A DNA stretch of 64,000 bases from an uncultured Candidatus Binatia bacterium. GTDB lineage: Bacteria > Desulfobacterota > Binatia > UBA9968 > JAJDTQ01. The position numbers and the translations under genes are program-made. Positions 1-11,897 of the stretch are shown one piece after another; position 1 is the stretch's first letter, and each line of letters starts with the position of its first letter. The notes under the pieces were generated by a model. It had not been told where the DNA came from and did not search any database. It was given only the letters and a program-made list of their open reading frames with translations. The DNA lies in assembly GCA_965204235.1 (NCBI GenBank), contig OZ241979.1, positions 2,638,103 to 2,702,102 on the forward strand, read 5' to 3'.

Positions 1-1079
1 GCCAGCAACGCCCGGTAAGCCGAGTTGGACTTGGGAGCGGTGGCCAGGTAGATGGCGGCCTGGGTCATGGGTATGCGGCCTTCGGGCAGTCCGACGAAAT
101 GGACCGCGTCCTTGGCGGCTACCGCCACCTGAAGGGCCTGGGGGTCGGCGTTGCCCACGTCCTCCGCGGCGAATATGACCATGCGGCGGGCGATGAAGAG
201 CGGTTCTTCGCCGGCCTCGATCATCCGCACCATCCAATAGACCGCGGCGTCGGGGTCGCTTCCCCGGAGGCTCTTGATGAAGGCCGAGGCCAGGTTGTAG
301 TGCTCCTCGCCGGCCCGGTCGTAGCGCAGGGGTCCGAGTTGCAGCGCCTGTTCCACGTGGGCGAGGTCGATGGGCGCGGTCCCGGAGGAGTTGCGGGCCA
401 GCGTGACTGCGCTCTCCAGGGCGTTGAGGGCCACCCGGGCGTCTCCGTGGGCGCGCCGGGCCAGCGCCTGCCGGGCCTCTGCGGTAATGTCCGGGCTGGC
501 GTCCCAGAGTCCCCGTCCCCGTTCGGCCAGGGCCCGGTCCACCACTTGGGCGAGGGTCTCCTCGGTCAGGGGATGCATCACGCATACCCGGCAGCGGGAG
601 AGCAGCGGGGAAATGAGCTCGAAGGAGGGGTTCTCTGTGGTTGCGCCGATGAGGGTCAGGAGGCCCGCCTCCACGTGCGGAAGGAAGGTGTCCTGCTGCG
701 ACTTGTTGAAGTGGTGGATCTCGTCCACCAGGACCGCCACCGGCACGGAGCCGCGCTGCAGGCGTCTGGCGTCGGGAAGGATCTTCCGTATGTCGCCGGC
801 GCCGGAGGTTACCGCGGAGAGCTGGATGCAATGGGCATGGCAGGCGTCGGCCATGAGCCGGGCCAGGGTGGTCTTGCCGCATCCGGGCGGACCCCAGAAG
901 ATGAGCGACTGCAGGCGGCCCGTGTCCGCCATGCCCCGCAGCAGCTTGCCCGGGCCGAGCAGGTGCTCCTGTCCCAGCACGTCGTCGAGCCGGGCCGGTC
1001 GCATGCGCTCCGCCAGGGGCGTGTTCTTCCCGCCCGAAGGCGGCTTCCCGGAAGGGTTCCCGGAGTCGAACAGTTCCAC
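1..1079 (-). CDS. rarA: Replication-associated recombination protein A (AAA+ ATPase), 3' end outside window
   Basis: Own translation from GTG 1079: PLAERMRP..GQEHLLGPGK..LIFWGPPGCGKTTLA..DEIHHFNKSQQD..IGATTENPSF..HYNLASAFIKSLRGSDPDAA. Confidence 0.93.
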   Translation of the reverse strand, partial: MELFDSGNPSGKPPSGGKNTPLAERMRPARLDDVLGQEHLLGPGKLLRGMADTGRLQSLIFWGPPGCGKTTLARLMADACHAHCIQLSAVTSGAGDIRKILPDARRLQRGSVPVAVLVDEIHHFNKSQQDTFLPHVEAGLLTLIGATTENPSFELISPLLSRCRVCVMHPLTEETLAQVVDRALAERGRGLWDASPDITAEARQALARRAHGDARVALNALESAVTLARNSSGTAPIDLAHVEQALQLGPLRYDRAGEEHYNLASAFIKSLRGSDPDAAVYWMVRMIEAGEEPLFIARRMVIFAAEDVGNADPQALQVAVAAKDAVHFVGLPEGRIPMTQAAIYLATAPKSNSAYRALL

Positions 1080-1144
1080 GTCGTCACACGTTCCGGGCCC
1101 GCGCCGAGCCGGAGGCGTCCGCAAGTCCGGGGCCGGCGGCTCGA

Positions 1145-1301
1145 GGAACCTCTGATCCATTCTGGTTCGAGGCGCCTCTCCCCATGGGAAAGCGCGTCCT
1201 TCGACTTCGCTTCGCTCAGGATGAACGGAGGACTCCGCTCCGCGTCCTTCGACTCCGCTCCGCCACGCTCAGGACGAACGGGGCAATCGGCCGGAGTTTC
1301 C
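1145..1301 (+). mobile_element. MITE copy A (terminal IRs, internal REP-like palindromes)
   Basis: GGAACCTCTGA...CCGGAGTTTCC ends, core CTTCGACTTCGCTTCGCTCAGGATGAACGG, flanks TCGA/TCAA. Confidence 0.75.
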
Positions 1302-1658
1302 TCAACGTGACGCGCGCGGCCTGCGGTCTTCCTCCAGCCGGGCGCGTTTCCCCGAGAGTCGCCTCAGGTAGTACAACTTGGCCCTGCGCACCCGTCCCCG
1401 GGTGACCACCTCGACCTTCTCGATGCGCGGCGAGTGGCGCGGAAAGATGCGCTCCACGCCCACGCCGTAGGACGTCTTGCGGACCACGAAGGTTTCGCGC
1501 ACGCCGCTGCCGGAGATGGCGATGACCACGCCCTCGAAGACCTGGATCCGCTCCTTCTCGCCTTCCACGATGCGGACGTGGACGCGCACCCGCTGCCCCG
1601 GCTTGATGTCGGGCGCCTCCCGCGCCTGCTCCCGTTCGATCCGGTCGATGACGTTCAT
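1302..1658 (-). CDS. rplS: 50S ribosomal protein L19
   Basis: [40 protein letters not shown]. Confidence 0.97.
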   Translation of the reverse strand: MNVIDRIEREQAREAPDIKPGQRVRVHVRIVEGEKERIQVFEGVVIAISGSGVRETFVVRKTSYGVGVERIFPRHSPRIEKVEVVTRGRVRRAKLYYLRRLSGKRARLEEDRRPRASR

Positions 1659-2926
1659 TTGACGCTCCCTTCCATCACCCGTCCCAGTATCCGGTCCAGC
1701 ATGACGGCGGACGCAGCTCGTACGGAGAGATGGTTGTAATCGTCCCGGCCCGCGATGGGCTCCAGCACGAAGTCCGAACGGTCGAAGACCTCGTCGGCCA
1801 ACCCCCAACCGGCGCCCAGCAGGATCATGTACGGGACAGGCTCCCTTATTAGCATTTCCCGCATCTTTCCAAAAGTTATCGTGTTCGTTGCAGGACGGGA
1901 ACGTGCGGAAGTCGCCACCAGCCGGGGGGCGGTCCCGCATTCCCGCCGCACGCCCGCCACCGCGGCGTCCAGGTCGTCCGAGAGCCTCGCCAGGGCGAGG
2001 GCCTCCCGGCGGCTGCTGTTGCAGGAGCCGCCGTACCCGCGCTCCCGGTGGTCGATGGTCCGGGCGGCCAGCTTCCGGAGCGTCTTTGCCGGGTTGACCA
2101 CGTAGAAACCGGCCGCCCCGTAGGTGCGGCAGGTGCGGGCGATGTCGTGGACGTCGAGGTTGGTGATGGACGAGGCGACGGTCCGGCCGAGTCGGTCGGA
2201 CACGGGGTGGTGCAGCAGCGCCACATAGACCTTTCCCGCGGGCGCCGCAGCCGCTTTCGCCAACAGGTCCGGCCGGAGCCGGGCGGTGGTCTCGACGCTC
2301 ATCCTGCGGCGCCATCGCCGGATCTCCTCATGGTCGCCCGAGAGCAGGACCTCCGGCACCTTCACGCCCCGGTATTCCGCGGGCCGGGTGTATTGCGGAT
2401 GCTCCAGCAGGCCGTCCACGAAAGAGTCCTCCCGGGCCGAGCGGTCGTTCCCGAGCACGCCCGGCACCAGGCGGGCGACGCCGTCGATGACCGCGAGGGC
2501 GGGGACCTCGCCGCCGCTCAACGTGTAGTCCCCGATGGACAGGAGTTCGTCGGCGTACCCCACCACCCTTTCGTCCACCCCTTCGTAACGGCCGCAGACC
2601 AGCACCACGTCCTGATGGCGCGAGACCGCCAGGGCGGCTTCCTGGTCGAAGACCCTCCCGCGAGGCGAAAGCAGTATGACGTGGGGATCCTTCAGCCTGC
2701 TTCGACTGTCTTCGATGGCTTCGATGAGCGGCTCGGGCTTGAGCACCATCCCCTGGCCGCCGCCGTAGGGGTAGTCGTCGGTGGTGCGGTGCCGGTCCCG
2801 GGCATACCGGCGCAGGTCCACCAGATCGACGGAGACGAGGTTCCTCTCCCGGGCCCTCTTGAGGATGCTGTGGTCCAACGGAGACGCGAAGATCTCCGGG
2901 AAGAGCGTGATGACCGAAAAACGCAT
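1655..2926 (-). CDS. trmD: tRNA (guanine37-N1)-methyltransferase fused to a second SPOUT (DUF2168/Tm1570-like) domain
   Basis: [32 protein letters not shown], then [28 protein letters not shown]. Confidence 0.93.
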   Translation of the reverse strand: MRFSVITLFPEIFASPLDHSILKRARERNLVSVDLVDLRRYARDRHRTTDDYPYGGGQGMVLKPEPLIEAIEDSRSRLKDPHVILLSPRGRVFDQEAALAVSRHQDVVLVCGRYEGVDERVVGYADELLSIGDYTLSGGEVPALAVIDGVARLVPGVLGNDRSAREDSFVDGLLEHPQYTRPAEYRGVKVPEVLLSGDHEEIRRWRRRMSVETTARLRPDLLAKAAAAPAGKVYVALLHHPVSDRLGRTVASSITNLDVHDIARTCRTYGAAGFYVVNPAKTLRKLAARTIDHRERGYGGSCNSSRREALALARLSDDLDAAVAGVRRECGTAPRLVATSARSRPATNTITFGKMREMLIREPVPYMILLGAGWGLADEVFDRSDFVLEPIAGRDDYNHLSVRAASAVMLDRILGRVMEGSVK

Positions 2927-2985
2927 GGCAGCCCATGGAGGGACGGACGTCCTTGCAGGCGGTCCGTCGGTTACGGGCCGCTATG

Positions 2986-3094
2986 GGAACCTTCGAACAA
3001 CGGAGACACACCCTCCCATCCCGTTCGTCCTGAGCGTAGCGAAGCGGAGTCGAAGGGCGCGCTCATGTCCCTGTCCCGATGGATCAGAGGTTCC
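2986..3094 (-). mobile_element. MITE copy B
   Basis: GGAACCTTCGA...GGATCAGAGGTTCC with CCGTTCGTCCTGAGCGTAGCGAAGCGGAGTCGAAGG core; flanks TATG/TATA. Confidence 0.7.
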
Positions 3095-3606
3095 TATAAT
3101 TCCAGCAGCCCGTCGGGGGCATCCACGGTGACGGTGCCGTTGACCAGGTCCACCTGCCGGACGAACTCCCTGACCGCGGGGATCAGGTGTTCCTTGCCGG
3201 ACCCGGCGACCACCAGCAGGTCGCCGTCCCGCCGGGGCCATACGCCGGTGACCGTGCCGATGCGCTCCCCGTTGGCGTCCACCACCTCGAAGCCCACCAC
3301 TTCCTGGTAGTAGTACTCGGACGGACCCGGGGGCGCGAGCGCGTCCAGCGGCGCCGACAACCGGAAGCCCACCAGTCGTTGGGCCTCTTCCATGCGGTTG
3401 ACGCCTCCCAACTTCACGAGGGCGAACCCCCGGTGAGGTTTGACCTGCTCCAGCGGAAGCGTAAGCCGGTTGTCGCCCCGGGCCAACTCCACCTCTCCGG
3501 TGGAATGGAGGGTGCGGCCCTGGGGGTTGAACAGCCGGAGCCTGAGCCAGCCGGCCACGCCGTGCGCGGCTACGACGTCACCCAGGGCGATCCGGTCGGT
3601 GGACAA
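3094..3606 (-). CDS. rimM: Ribosome maturation factor RimM
   Basis: G..AAHGVAGWL, EYYYQEVVG, LIPAVREFV; position in rpsP operon. Confidence 0.92.
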   Translation of the reverse strand: MSTDRIALGDVVAAHGVAGWLRLRLFNPQGRTLHSTGEVELARGDNRLTLPLEQVKPHRGFALVKLGGVNRMEEAQRLVGFRLSAPLDALAPPGPSEYYYQEVVGFEVVDANGERIGTVTGVWPRRDGDLLVVAGSGKEHLIPAVREFVRQVDLVNGTVTVDAPDGLLEL

Positions 3607-3620
3607 GGGGAGGAAGGCGG

Positions 3621-3860
3621 CTATTGCTCGTCGACGATCTCCAGGACCACCTTCCGGTTGGCCCTGGCCGCGGCGGCGTTCAATATCGTTCGCAGGGACT
3701 TGGCGGTGCGCCCCTGCTTGCCGATGACGCGGCCGCGGTCCTCCGCGGCCACCTTGAGCTCCACCACGACGGAGGCTTCGTCGTCCTCCGTTTCCCTGAC
3801 CTCCACGGCGTCGGGTTGGCTGACGATGGACTCCGCGAGATACTGCACCAGTTCCTTCAA
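3621..3860 (-). CDS. khpA: KH-domain RNA-binding protein
   Basis: MKELVQYLA..DRGRVIGKQGRTAKSLRTIL. Confidence 0.93.
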   Translation of the reverse strand: MKELVQYLAESIVSQPDAVEVRETEDDEASVVVELKVAAEDRGRVIGKQGRTAKSLRTILNAAAARANRKVVLEIVDEQ

Positions 3861-3920
3861 GAAGTCCGTCTCCTGTGGCCGGGGCCGCCGCGCGCCAAGC
3901 CCGGGGATGCTACAGGCCCG

Positions 3921-4202
3921 TCAGCCCTCCGAGCTCTCCGGCGCCGGCGCGTCCGCGCCCGCTTCCTTCGCCGCCCGCTTCATGAGGCTTCGCACGGTCT
4001 GCGTCGGTTGCGCCCCCTGCTTGAGCCATGCGTCCACCTTGGCCCGGTCCATCCGCAAGGCCGCGGAAGGGCTCCGGGGGTCGTAGGTGCCCACCTGCTC
4101 GATGAACCTTCCGTCCCGGGGGTCCCGTGCGTCCGCGACGACGATGCGATAGTAGGGCCGCTTCCTGGCCCCGTGCCGACTCAGTCTGATCTTCACGCTC
4201 AT
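3921..4202 (-). CDS. rpsP: 30S ribosomal protein S16
   Basis: [39 protein letters not shown]. Confidence 0.97.
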   Translation of the reverse strand: MSVKIRLSRHGARKRPYYRIVVADARDPRDGRFIEQVGTYDPRSPSAALRMDRAKVDAWLKQGAQPTQTVRSLMKRAAKEAGADAPAPESSEG

Positions 4203-4231
4203 GGGGGTCTTCTTTCCTCCGGGTTCCTAGT

Positions 4232-5578
4232 TCATTGGAACGGTATTGGCAAACGGTTCCGCACGCCGCGCCGCTTGCGGTCCGACTTCTTCATCCGGGA
4301 CATCATCTTCTTCATCTCCAGGAACTGTTTCATGAGACGGTTGACGTCGGTGACCGTGGTCCCGCTGCCGTTGGCGATACGCAACCGCCGGCTCCCGTTC
4401 AGCACCGTCGGGTTCCTTCGCTCGTGCAGAGTCATGGAGTTGATGATGGCATCGATGCGCTTGATCTCCGTTTCCGCGCGGGACATGTCCACCTGCTGGC
4501 CCAGCTTCCGCCCGCCGGGCACCATGTCCAGCAGGCCGCCGATGGACCCCATCTTCCTGACCGCCTGCATCTGCGTCTGGAAGTCTTCCAGGGAGAACTC
4601 CCCCTTGCGCATCCGCTGTTCCAGCCTGGGCGCGGTCTTCCTGTCCAGGGCCTGCTCGGCCTTCTCGATCAGCGACAGGACGTCGCCCATGCCGAGGATG
4701 CGAGACGCCATGCGGTCCGGAAAGAAGGGTTCGAGGGCGTCGGTCTTCTCCCCGACCCCGACGTAGAGCACCGGTTTGCCCACCACCGCCCGCACCGACA
4801 ACGCGGCCCCGCCCCGGGCGTCGCCGTCCATCTTCGTCAGGACCACCCCGGTCAAGTCCAGGACCTCGTCGAAGCCCTGGGCCTGGTTGACCGCGTCCTG
4901 CCCGATCATGGCGTCCACGGTCAAGAGGATGTTGCGCGGCTCCAGGGCCGAACGGATGGCCGCGAGCTCCTGCATCAGGTCCGAGTCCACCTGCATCCGT
5001 CCCGCGGTGTCCACGATCAACACGTCGCAGAGGCGCTGGTCCGCCTTGTGGAGCGCCTCCCGGCAGATCTCCACCGGCGCGGCGCGGTCGCCGGAGTCGA
5101 ACACCGGGAGGCCGTGCTCCTCGCACAGGATGCGAAGCTGCTCCCGCGCCGCGGGCCGATAGACGTCCGCGGACACCAGGTAGGGCGTCCGCTTCTGCTG
5201 CTTCTTCAGGTGCAGGGCGAGCTTCACCGCGGTGGTGGTCTTTCCCGACCCCTGGAGCCCCGCCAGCATGAGCACCACGGGCTGCCGCCCCTTGAGGTCC
5301 AGGCCGGCGGCTTCGCCGCCGAGCATGGCCACGAGCTCTTCCTTGACGATCTTGATGAGTTGCTGCTCCGGGGTCAGGCTCTGGAGCACCTCGCGTCCGA
5401 GGGACTTGCTGCGGACGGCCTCCACGAAGCTCCGGACCACCTTGACGTTGACGTCCGCCTCCAGCAGGGCGAGCCGGAGTTCGCGCAGCGCATCGGCGAC
5501 GTTGGACTCGGTGATCCTGCCGTGCCCGCGGAGGCGCTTGAAGGTCAGTTCCAGCTTGTCGGTAAGGTTCTCGAACAT
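4232..5578 (-). CDS. ffh: Signal recognition particle protein
   Basis: MFENLTDKL start, GLQGSGKTT, DTAGR, TKMDGDARGGAALS, M-domain. Confidence 0.97.
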   Translation of the reverse strand: MFENLTDKLELTFKRLRGHGRITESNVADALRELRLALLEADVNVKVVRSFVEAVRSKSLGREVLQSLTPEQQLIKIVKEELVAMLGGEAAGLDLKGRQPVVLMLAGLQGSGKTTTAVKLALHLKKQQKRTPYLVSADVYRPAAREQLRILCEEHGLPVFDSGDRAAPVEICREALHKADQRLCDVLIVDTAGRMQVDSDLMQELAAIRSALEPRNILLTVDAMIGQDAVNQAQGFDEVLDLTGVVLTKMDGDARGGAALSVRAVVGKPVLYVGVGEKTDALEPFFPDRMASRILGMGDVLSLIEKAEQALDRKTAPRLEQRMRKGEFSLEDFQTQMQAVRKMGSIGGLLDMVPGGRKLGQQVDMSRAETEIKRIDAIINSMTLHERRNPTVLNGSRRLRIANGSGTTVTDVNRLMKQFLEMKKMMSRMKKSDRKRRGVRNRLPIPFQ

Positions 5579-5676
5579 GGGGCGGAAGGCCGGTAACGGA
5601 TCAGCCGAAAGGATCGGTTTGCGGGGCGGATCCGGAGATCGACGAGAGCAATATAGTCCGCCCCGGCGCATAAAGC

Positions 5677-5719
5677 AAAAAGGGCCCGGAACGCCTCCCG
5701 CGGGAGACGCCCCGGGCCC
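5677..5719 (-). terminator. Rho-independent terminator after groEL
   Basis: Minus strand GGGCCCGGGGCGTCTCCC GC GGGAGGCGTTCCGGGCCC followed by TTTTT. Confidence 0.8.
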
Positions 5720-5740
5720 CTGGGACGGCTGCGCGGCCGG

Positions 5741-7432
<1,692 letters not shown>

Positions 7433-7723
7433 TTACTTCTCGACGATGCCGAGGATGTCGTCCTCTCGCATGATGATGTGCTCTTCGCCGTCCAGGTTGA
7501 TCTCGCTGCCGGCGTACTTGCCGAAGAGCACCCGGTCGTTGACCTTCACGTCCAGCGGGGTGACCTTGCCGTCGTCGTTGGCCTTGCCCTTGCCCACTGC
7601 GACGACCTTGCCCTCCTGGGGCTTTTCCTTGGCGGTGTCGGGAATGATGATCCCCCCCGCGGTCTTCTCCTCTTCCTCGATCCGTTTGACGATGACCCGG
7701 TCCTGCAAGGGCCTGATGTTCAT
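7433..7723 (-). CDS. groS: Co-chaperonin GroES
   Basis: [25 protein letters not shown]; AAAGGAGG RBS. Confidence 0.98.
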   Translation of the reverse strand: MNIRPLQDRVIVKRIEEEEKTAGGIIIPDTAKEKPQEGKVVAVGKGKANDDGKVTPLDVKVNDRVLFGKYAGSEINLDGEEHIIMREDDILGIVEK

Positions 7724-7801
7724 GTTGTCTCCTCCTTTTCCAATGTCGTCGTGACGTCGTTCCGAACGGAAGGACGGCCTGCCTGTCGAGGTGTGGCGCA
7801 C

Positions 7802-7829
7802 AATCTAAGCACGGTCTCGCCGTTGTCAA
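7802..7829 (-). promoter_or_regulatory. Putative sigma70 promoter of groESL
   Basis: TTGACA-N16-TAGATT on minus strand. Confidence 0.55.
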
Positions 7830-7928
7830 GGGGCCTCGGCAACTTTTGTGGAAAATCGGCCAAGTCCGCCGCCGCAGGGCGGAGGGAAAGTTTGCCGTGG
7901 GGCGGAAATCCTGCCAGAATCGACGTGG

Positions 7929-8852
7929 ATGGACGTCCTCGTACCGCCGCCGCTGAGGCCCGGAGACACCATCGGGGTGGTTGCCCCCGGCGGGAGCGTG
8001 TACGAGGACCGCCTGCAACGGGGCGTGCGCGCCCTCCGGGCGCGGGGGTTCGGCGTCGAGTTGGCGGAAGGCATACTCGACCGCAAGGGTTACCTGGCGG
8101 GCGCCGAGCAGCAGCGCGCCCGGACCCTGGAGCGTTTCTTCGTCCGGGACGACATCCGGGCGGTCTTCTGCGCACGGGGAGGTTTCGGCTCCATACAGCT
8201 CCTGCCCGGCCTGGATCCCCGGCGCATCCGCGCCCATCCCAAGATCTTCGTGGGCTTCAGCGACGTCACCGCGTTGCTGAACTGGATGTCCCAGAGTTGC
8301 GGCTTGGTGGCCTTCCACGGTCCCATGGTGGCGGTGGAGTTCGCCGGGGAGCTCGGCGGCGGGGTCGGCGGCGGTTTCTGGGACGCGTTGACGGGAAGGC
8401 GGCGGCGTTGGCGGATCGAAGGCAGCGGAGTCCTTCGGGAAGGCCGCGGCCCCGCCCTGGGGCCGGTGGCCGGAGGATGCTTGTCGGTGCTGGTGACCAC
8501 CCTCGGAACGCCTTACGAGATCGAGACCGCGGGCAGGATCGTGTTCCTGGAGGACGTGGGCGAGCAGCCGTACCGGATCGAACGGATGCTCACCCACCTC
8601 CGCATGGCGGGCAAGCTGGACCGGGTGGCGGGGGTGGCCACCGGGGCGTTCAACCGGTGCGAGTCGGGAGCGGAAAGGGACGTACGGCAGGTCCTCGCGG
8701 AGGCGTTCCGGGACGCTCCCTACCCGGTGGTGACGGGCCTCCCCTGCGGCCACGGTACCGCCAACACCCTGCTCCCCATCGGCCTCAACGCCGAGCTGGA
8801 CGGCCGCAACGCGGTGCTGAAGCTGGTGGACCCGGCCACCGGGGCCGCGTGA
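7929..8852 (+). CDS. ldcA: LD-carboxypeptidase (peptidase S66)
   Basis: RGGFG, GFSDVT (Ser), LEDVGE (Glu), GHG (His). Confidence 0.88.
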   Translation: MDVLVPPPLRPGDTIGVVAPGGSVYEDRLQRGVRALRARGFGVELAEGILDRKGYLAGAEQQRARTLERFFVRDDIRAVFCARGGFGSIQLLPGLDPRRIRAHPKIFVGFSDVTALLNWMSQSCGLVAFHGPMVAVEFAGELGGGVGGGFWDALTGRRRRWRIEGSGVLREGRGPALGPVAGGCLSVLVTTLGTPYEIETAGRIVFLEDVGEQPYRIERMLTHLRMAGKLDRVAGVATGAFNRCESGAERDVRQVLAEAFRDAPYPVVTGLPCGHGTANTLLPIGLNAELDGRNAVLKLVDPATGAA

Positions 8853-9976
8853 TGCGCACCGACGCCCTGGACGAGACGTGCCGCCGCGGCGTGGCCGAAG
8901 GCGCTTTCCCGGGCGCCGTGGTGCTGGTGGGGCAGCGTGAGCGCGTCCTCTGCCACCGGGCCTACGGCTATCGGTCGCTGGTCCCCGAGAGGCTTCCCAT
9001 GACTCCGGACACGGTGTTCGACCTGAGCTCCCTCACCAAGCCCCTGGCCACCGCCACCGCCATGATGCTGCTGGTGCGGGACGGTCGCGTCCGGCTGGAC
9101 GATCCGGTGGGCGCGGTGGTGCCGGAGTTCGGCCGCGGCGCCAAGGCCGCGGTCACGTTCCGCCACCTGCTGAACCACTCCTCGGGCCTCCCGGCCTGGA
9201 AACCCTACTACGCGGAGGCGGCCCGGGAGGACGAAAGCGTCGAAGGCGTCGCGGGCGGGGAGCGCAAGCGCCGCTGCTACCGCCGGGTCCACGACGAAGA
9301 GCTGGCGACCCCGCCGGGCCGGAAGGCCCTCTACAGCGACCTGGGCTTCATCCTCCTGGGGGAGGCGGTGGAGCGGCTCGCGGGCGCGCCGCTGGACCGG
9401 TTCTGTGACCGTGCGGTATTCGCGCCCATGAAGCTGTCGGCGACCTTCTTCGTCGATCTGGGCCGGTCTTCCGGGGAGCCGCGGACGAGTCCCGGACATC
9501 CGGTGGCCGCCACCGAGGAGTGCGGTTGGCGCGGGAAGGTCCTCTGCGGCGAGGTCCACGACGACAACGCCTTCGCCATGGGCGGCGTCGCGGGCCACGC
9601 CGGCCTGTTCTCGTCGGCCCCGGACGTGCATCGTTTCCTCGGTTTCCTGGGACGGTGCCGACGCGGCGCCGAGCCGGGTTTCCTGCCCCCCGCGGTGGTG
9701 CGCGAGTTCCTCGAAGCCGACCGGCGCCCCGCGGGCCAGACCCACGTGCTGGGCTGGGACACGCCGTCCCCCGCGGGCTCCGCCGCGGGCCGCGGCTTCT
9801 CTTCCAGGACCGTGGGCCACCTGGGTTTCACCGGCGTCTCCCTGTGGTGGGACCTGGAGCGGGACGTGCACGTGGTGTTCCTGACCAACCGCGTCCACCC
9901 CTCGCGGGACAACGAGGCCATCCGGGAGTTCCGCCCGCTGGCGCACGACGCGGTCATGGAGGGGTTGTCCGCGTGA
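8852..9976 (+). CDS. Serine hydrolase, beta-lactamase/AmpC-like family
   Basis: FDLSSLTK (SxxK), YSDLGF, GHAGLFS, GHLGFTG, LTNRVHP. Confidence 0.88.
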   Translation: MRTDALDETCRRGVAEGAFPGAVVLVGQRERVLCHRAYGYRSLVPERLPMTPDTVFDLSSLTKPLATATAMMLLVRDGRVRLDDPVGAVVPEFGRGAKAAVTFRHLLNHSSGLPAWKPYYAEAAREDESVEGVAGGERKRRCYRRVHDEELATPPGRKALYSDLGFILLGEAVERLAGAPLDRFCDRAVFAPMKLSATFFVDLGRSSGEPRTSPGHPVAATEECGWRGKVLCGEVHDDNAFAMGGVAGHAGLFSSAPDVHRFLGFLGRCRRGAEPGFLPPAVVREFLEADRRPAGQTHVLGWDTPSPAGSAAGRGFSSRTVGHLGFTGVSLWWDLERDVHVVFLTNRVHPSRDNEAIREFRPLAHDAVMEGLSA

Positions 9977-11403
9977 GCCCGGAGCTTCGCCCCGGGGCGC
10001 AGGTCCATTTCGTCGCGGTCTGCGGCGTGGGCACCGGTTCGCTGGCCGTGCTGCTGAAGGAGCGGGGTTACCGGGTCACGGGCTCGGACGAGGACGTCTA
10101 TCCCCCCATGAGCGACTTCCTGGCGGGGGCCGGCATCGACGTATGGCCAGGGTTCCGCGAGGCCCATCTGGACCACGGCCCGGACCTGGTGGTCATCGGC
10201 AACGCCGTGTCCCGGGGGAACCCCGAGGCCGAAGCGGTGCTGCGCCGGGGCGTCCCGTACCTGTCGCTGCCCGAGGCCCTGGGGCGGTTCCTCGTGGCCG
10301 GGAAGCGCTCGGTGGTGGTGGCCGGGACCCACGGCAAGACCACCACCGCTTCGTTGCTGGCGTGGGTGCTGGTGGCCGCGGAGCAGGACCCGAGCTTCTT
10401 CGTCGGCGGCATCCCTGTGAACTTCGGCAGCGGGTTCCGCTCCGGCGCGGGTCCCTGGGTGGTCATGGAGGGAGACGAGTACGACAGCGCCTTCTTCGAC
10501 AAGGGTCCCAAGTTCCTCCACTACCGTCCCGAACGGGTGGTCCTCACGAGCCTGGAGTTCGATCACGCCGACATCTACCGGGACCTGGAGCACGTCAAGG
10601 AGTCGTTCCGGCGCCTGGTGGAGATGATCCCCTCCCGCGGCCGCCTGCTGGTGTGCGACCGGGCGGTCCACGCCGCGGACGCGGTCCGGGGCGCAGCCTG
10701 TCCGGTCTCGTACTACGGCCTGGGCGGGTCCGCGGACTGGCAGGCGCGGGGGGTCCGCACCCGGGCGGGCCGGACCGCCTTCGTCCCCTGTTACAAGGGC
10801 GGCTGCGAAGACCGCGTGGAGGCGCCCTTGATCGGCCGCCACAACGCCGGGAACGCGCTTGCCGTTTACGCCGCGGCGCGGGACATGGGCCTGAGTCCCG
10901 CGGCCATACGCGCGGGCATGGAGACGTTCCGCGGGGTGCGCCGTCGGCAGGAGGTGGTTGGCGAGGCAGGCGGCGTCCTGGTCATCGACGACTTCGCCCA
11001 TCATCCCACCGCGGTCGGGGACACCATCGCGGCGGTCAGGGAGGCTTGGCCCGGACGGCGGCTATGGGCCGTGTTCGAGCCCCGCAGCCAGACGAGCCGG
11101 AGGCGCGTCTTCCTCGCGGAGTTCGCCCGGGCCCTGGCCCGGGCCGACAGGGCGGTCTTGTCCGACCTGCACCTACCGGAGAAGGTCCCCGAGGAGGAAC
11201 GCCTTTCGCCCGGGGAGCTCGTGGGCCTCATCAACCGGGAACGGGGGGACCGGGCCGCCTGCCACCTCCCCGGGGTCGAAGACATCGCCGGGCTCGTGGT
11301 CCGGGACGCGGCGGACGGGGACGTGGTGCTGGTGATGTCCAACGGCGGCTTCGGCGGTCTGCCGCGGAAGGTCCTGGCGGGGCTCGGTCAGCGGGAATCT
11401 TGA
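9973..11403 (+). CDS. mpl: Murein tripeptide ligase (MurC/Mpl family)
   Basis: VYPPMS, AGTHGKTTT, EGDEYDSAFFDK, EFDHADIY, DDFAHHPT, FEPRS, MSNGGFGG. Confidence 0.9.
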   Translation: MSPELRPGAQVHFVAVCGVGTGSLAVLLKERGYRVTGSDEDVYPPMSDFLAGAGIDVWPGFREAHLDHGPDLVVIGNAVSRGNPEAEAVLRRGVPYLSLPEALGRFLVAGKRSVVVAGTHGKTTTASLLAWVLVAAEQDPSFFVGGIPVNFGSGFRSGAGPWVVMEGDEYDSAFFDKGPKFLHYRPERVVLTSLEFDHADIYRDLEHVKESFRRLVEMIPSRGRLLVCDRAVHAADAVRGAACPVSYYGLGGSADWQARGVRTRAGRTAFVPCYKGGCEDRVEAPLIGRHNAGNALAVYAAARDMGLSPAAIRAGMETFRGVRRRQEVVGEAGGVLVIDDFAHHPTAVGDTIAAVREAWPGRRLWAVFEPRSQTSRRRVFLAEFARALARADRAVLSDLHLPEKVPEEERLSPGELVGLINRERGDRAACHLPGVEDIAGLVVRDAADGDVVLVMSNGGFGGLPRKVLAGLGQRES

Positions 11404-11428
11404 CTTGCAGGGAACCGTTGACTAGACT
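11400..11428 (+). promoter_or_regulatory. Putative sigma70 promoter, leaderless iscA
   Basis: TTGACT-N17-TAGACT, 7 nt before the GTG start. Confidence 0.55.
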
Positions 11429-11435
11429 CCCGGAT

Positions 11436-11777
11436 GTGGACAGCCACGAACAAGCTCTTCGCCTGACCGACGCCGCGGTCGCCCACGTCAAGAAGATCCG
11501 CCAGCGGGAGAACCTCGCCGACCGGGGACTGCGGGTGTCCGTGGCCCCCGGGGGCTGCTCCGGCTACTCCTACAAGCTGGATTTCGACGACGGCCCCCGG
11601 CCTGAAGACATGGTGCTGGAGATGGACGGTCTCCGGGTTTACGTGGAGACCGCGGTCCTGCAGCAGCTCCAGGGCACCGTCATCGACTACGTCAGCGAGC
11701 TCCAGGGCGCCAGCTTTCGCTTCACCAACCCCAATGCCACGGGCACTTGCGGATGCGGCACCTCCTTTTCGGCGTGA
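11436..11777 (+). CDS. iscA: A-type Fe-S carrier (IscA/HesB)
   Basis: GGCSGYSY, FTNPNA, CGCGTSF. Confidence 0.9.
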   Translation: MDSHEQALRLTDAAVAHVKKIRQRENLADRGLRVSVAPGGCSGYSYKLDFDDGPRPEDMVLEMDGLRVYVETAVLQQLQGTVIDYVSELQGASFRFTNPNATGTCGCGTSFSA

Positions 11778-11897
11778 CGGCTCGCCGCGGGACGGCGGGC
11801 CGCGGCCGAGCGGCAAGGCGCGGCCGGCCGCGGTTCCTCCGACGACGCCCTTGAGCCGTCCCGTCCGCCAAGCCGAAACTTCTCCGAGGCCACCGAC

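Noticed and set aside
7740-7850. CIRCE operator upstream of groES
   Set aside because: No TTAGCACTC-N9-GAGTGCTAA match found.
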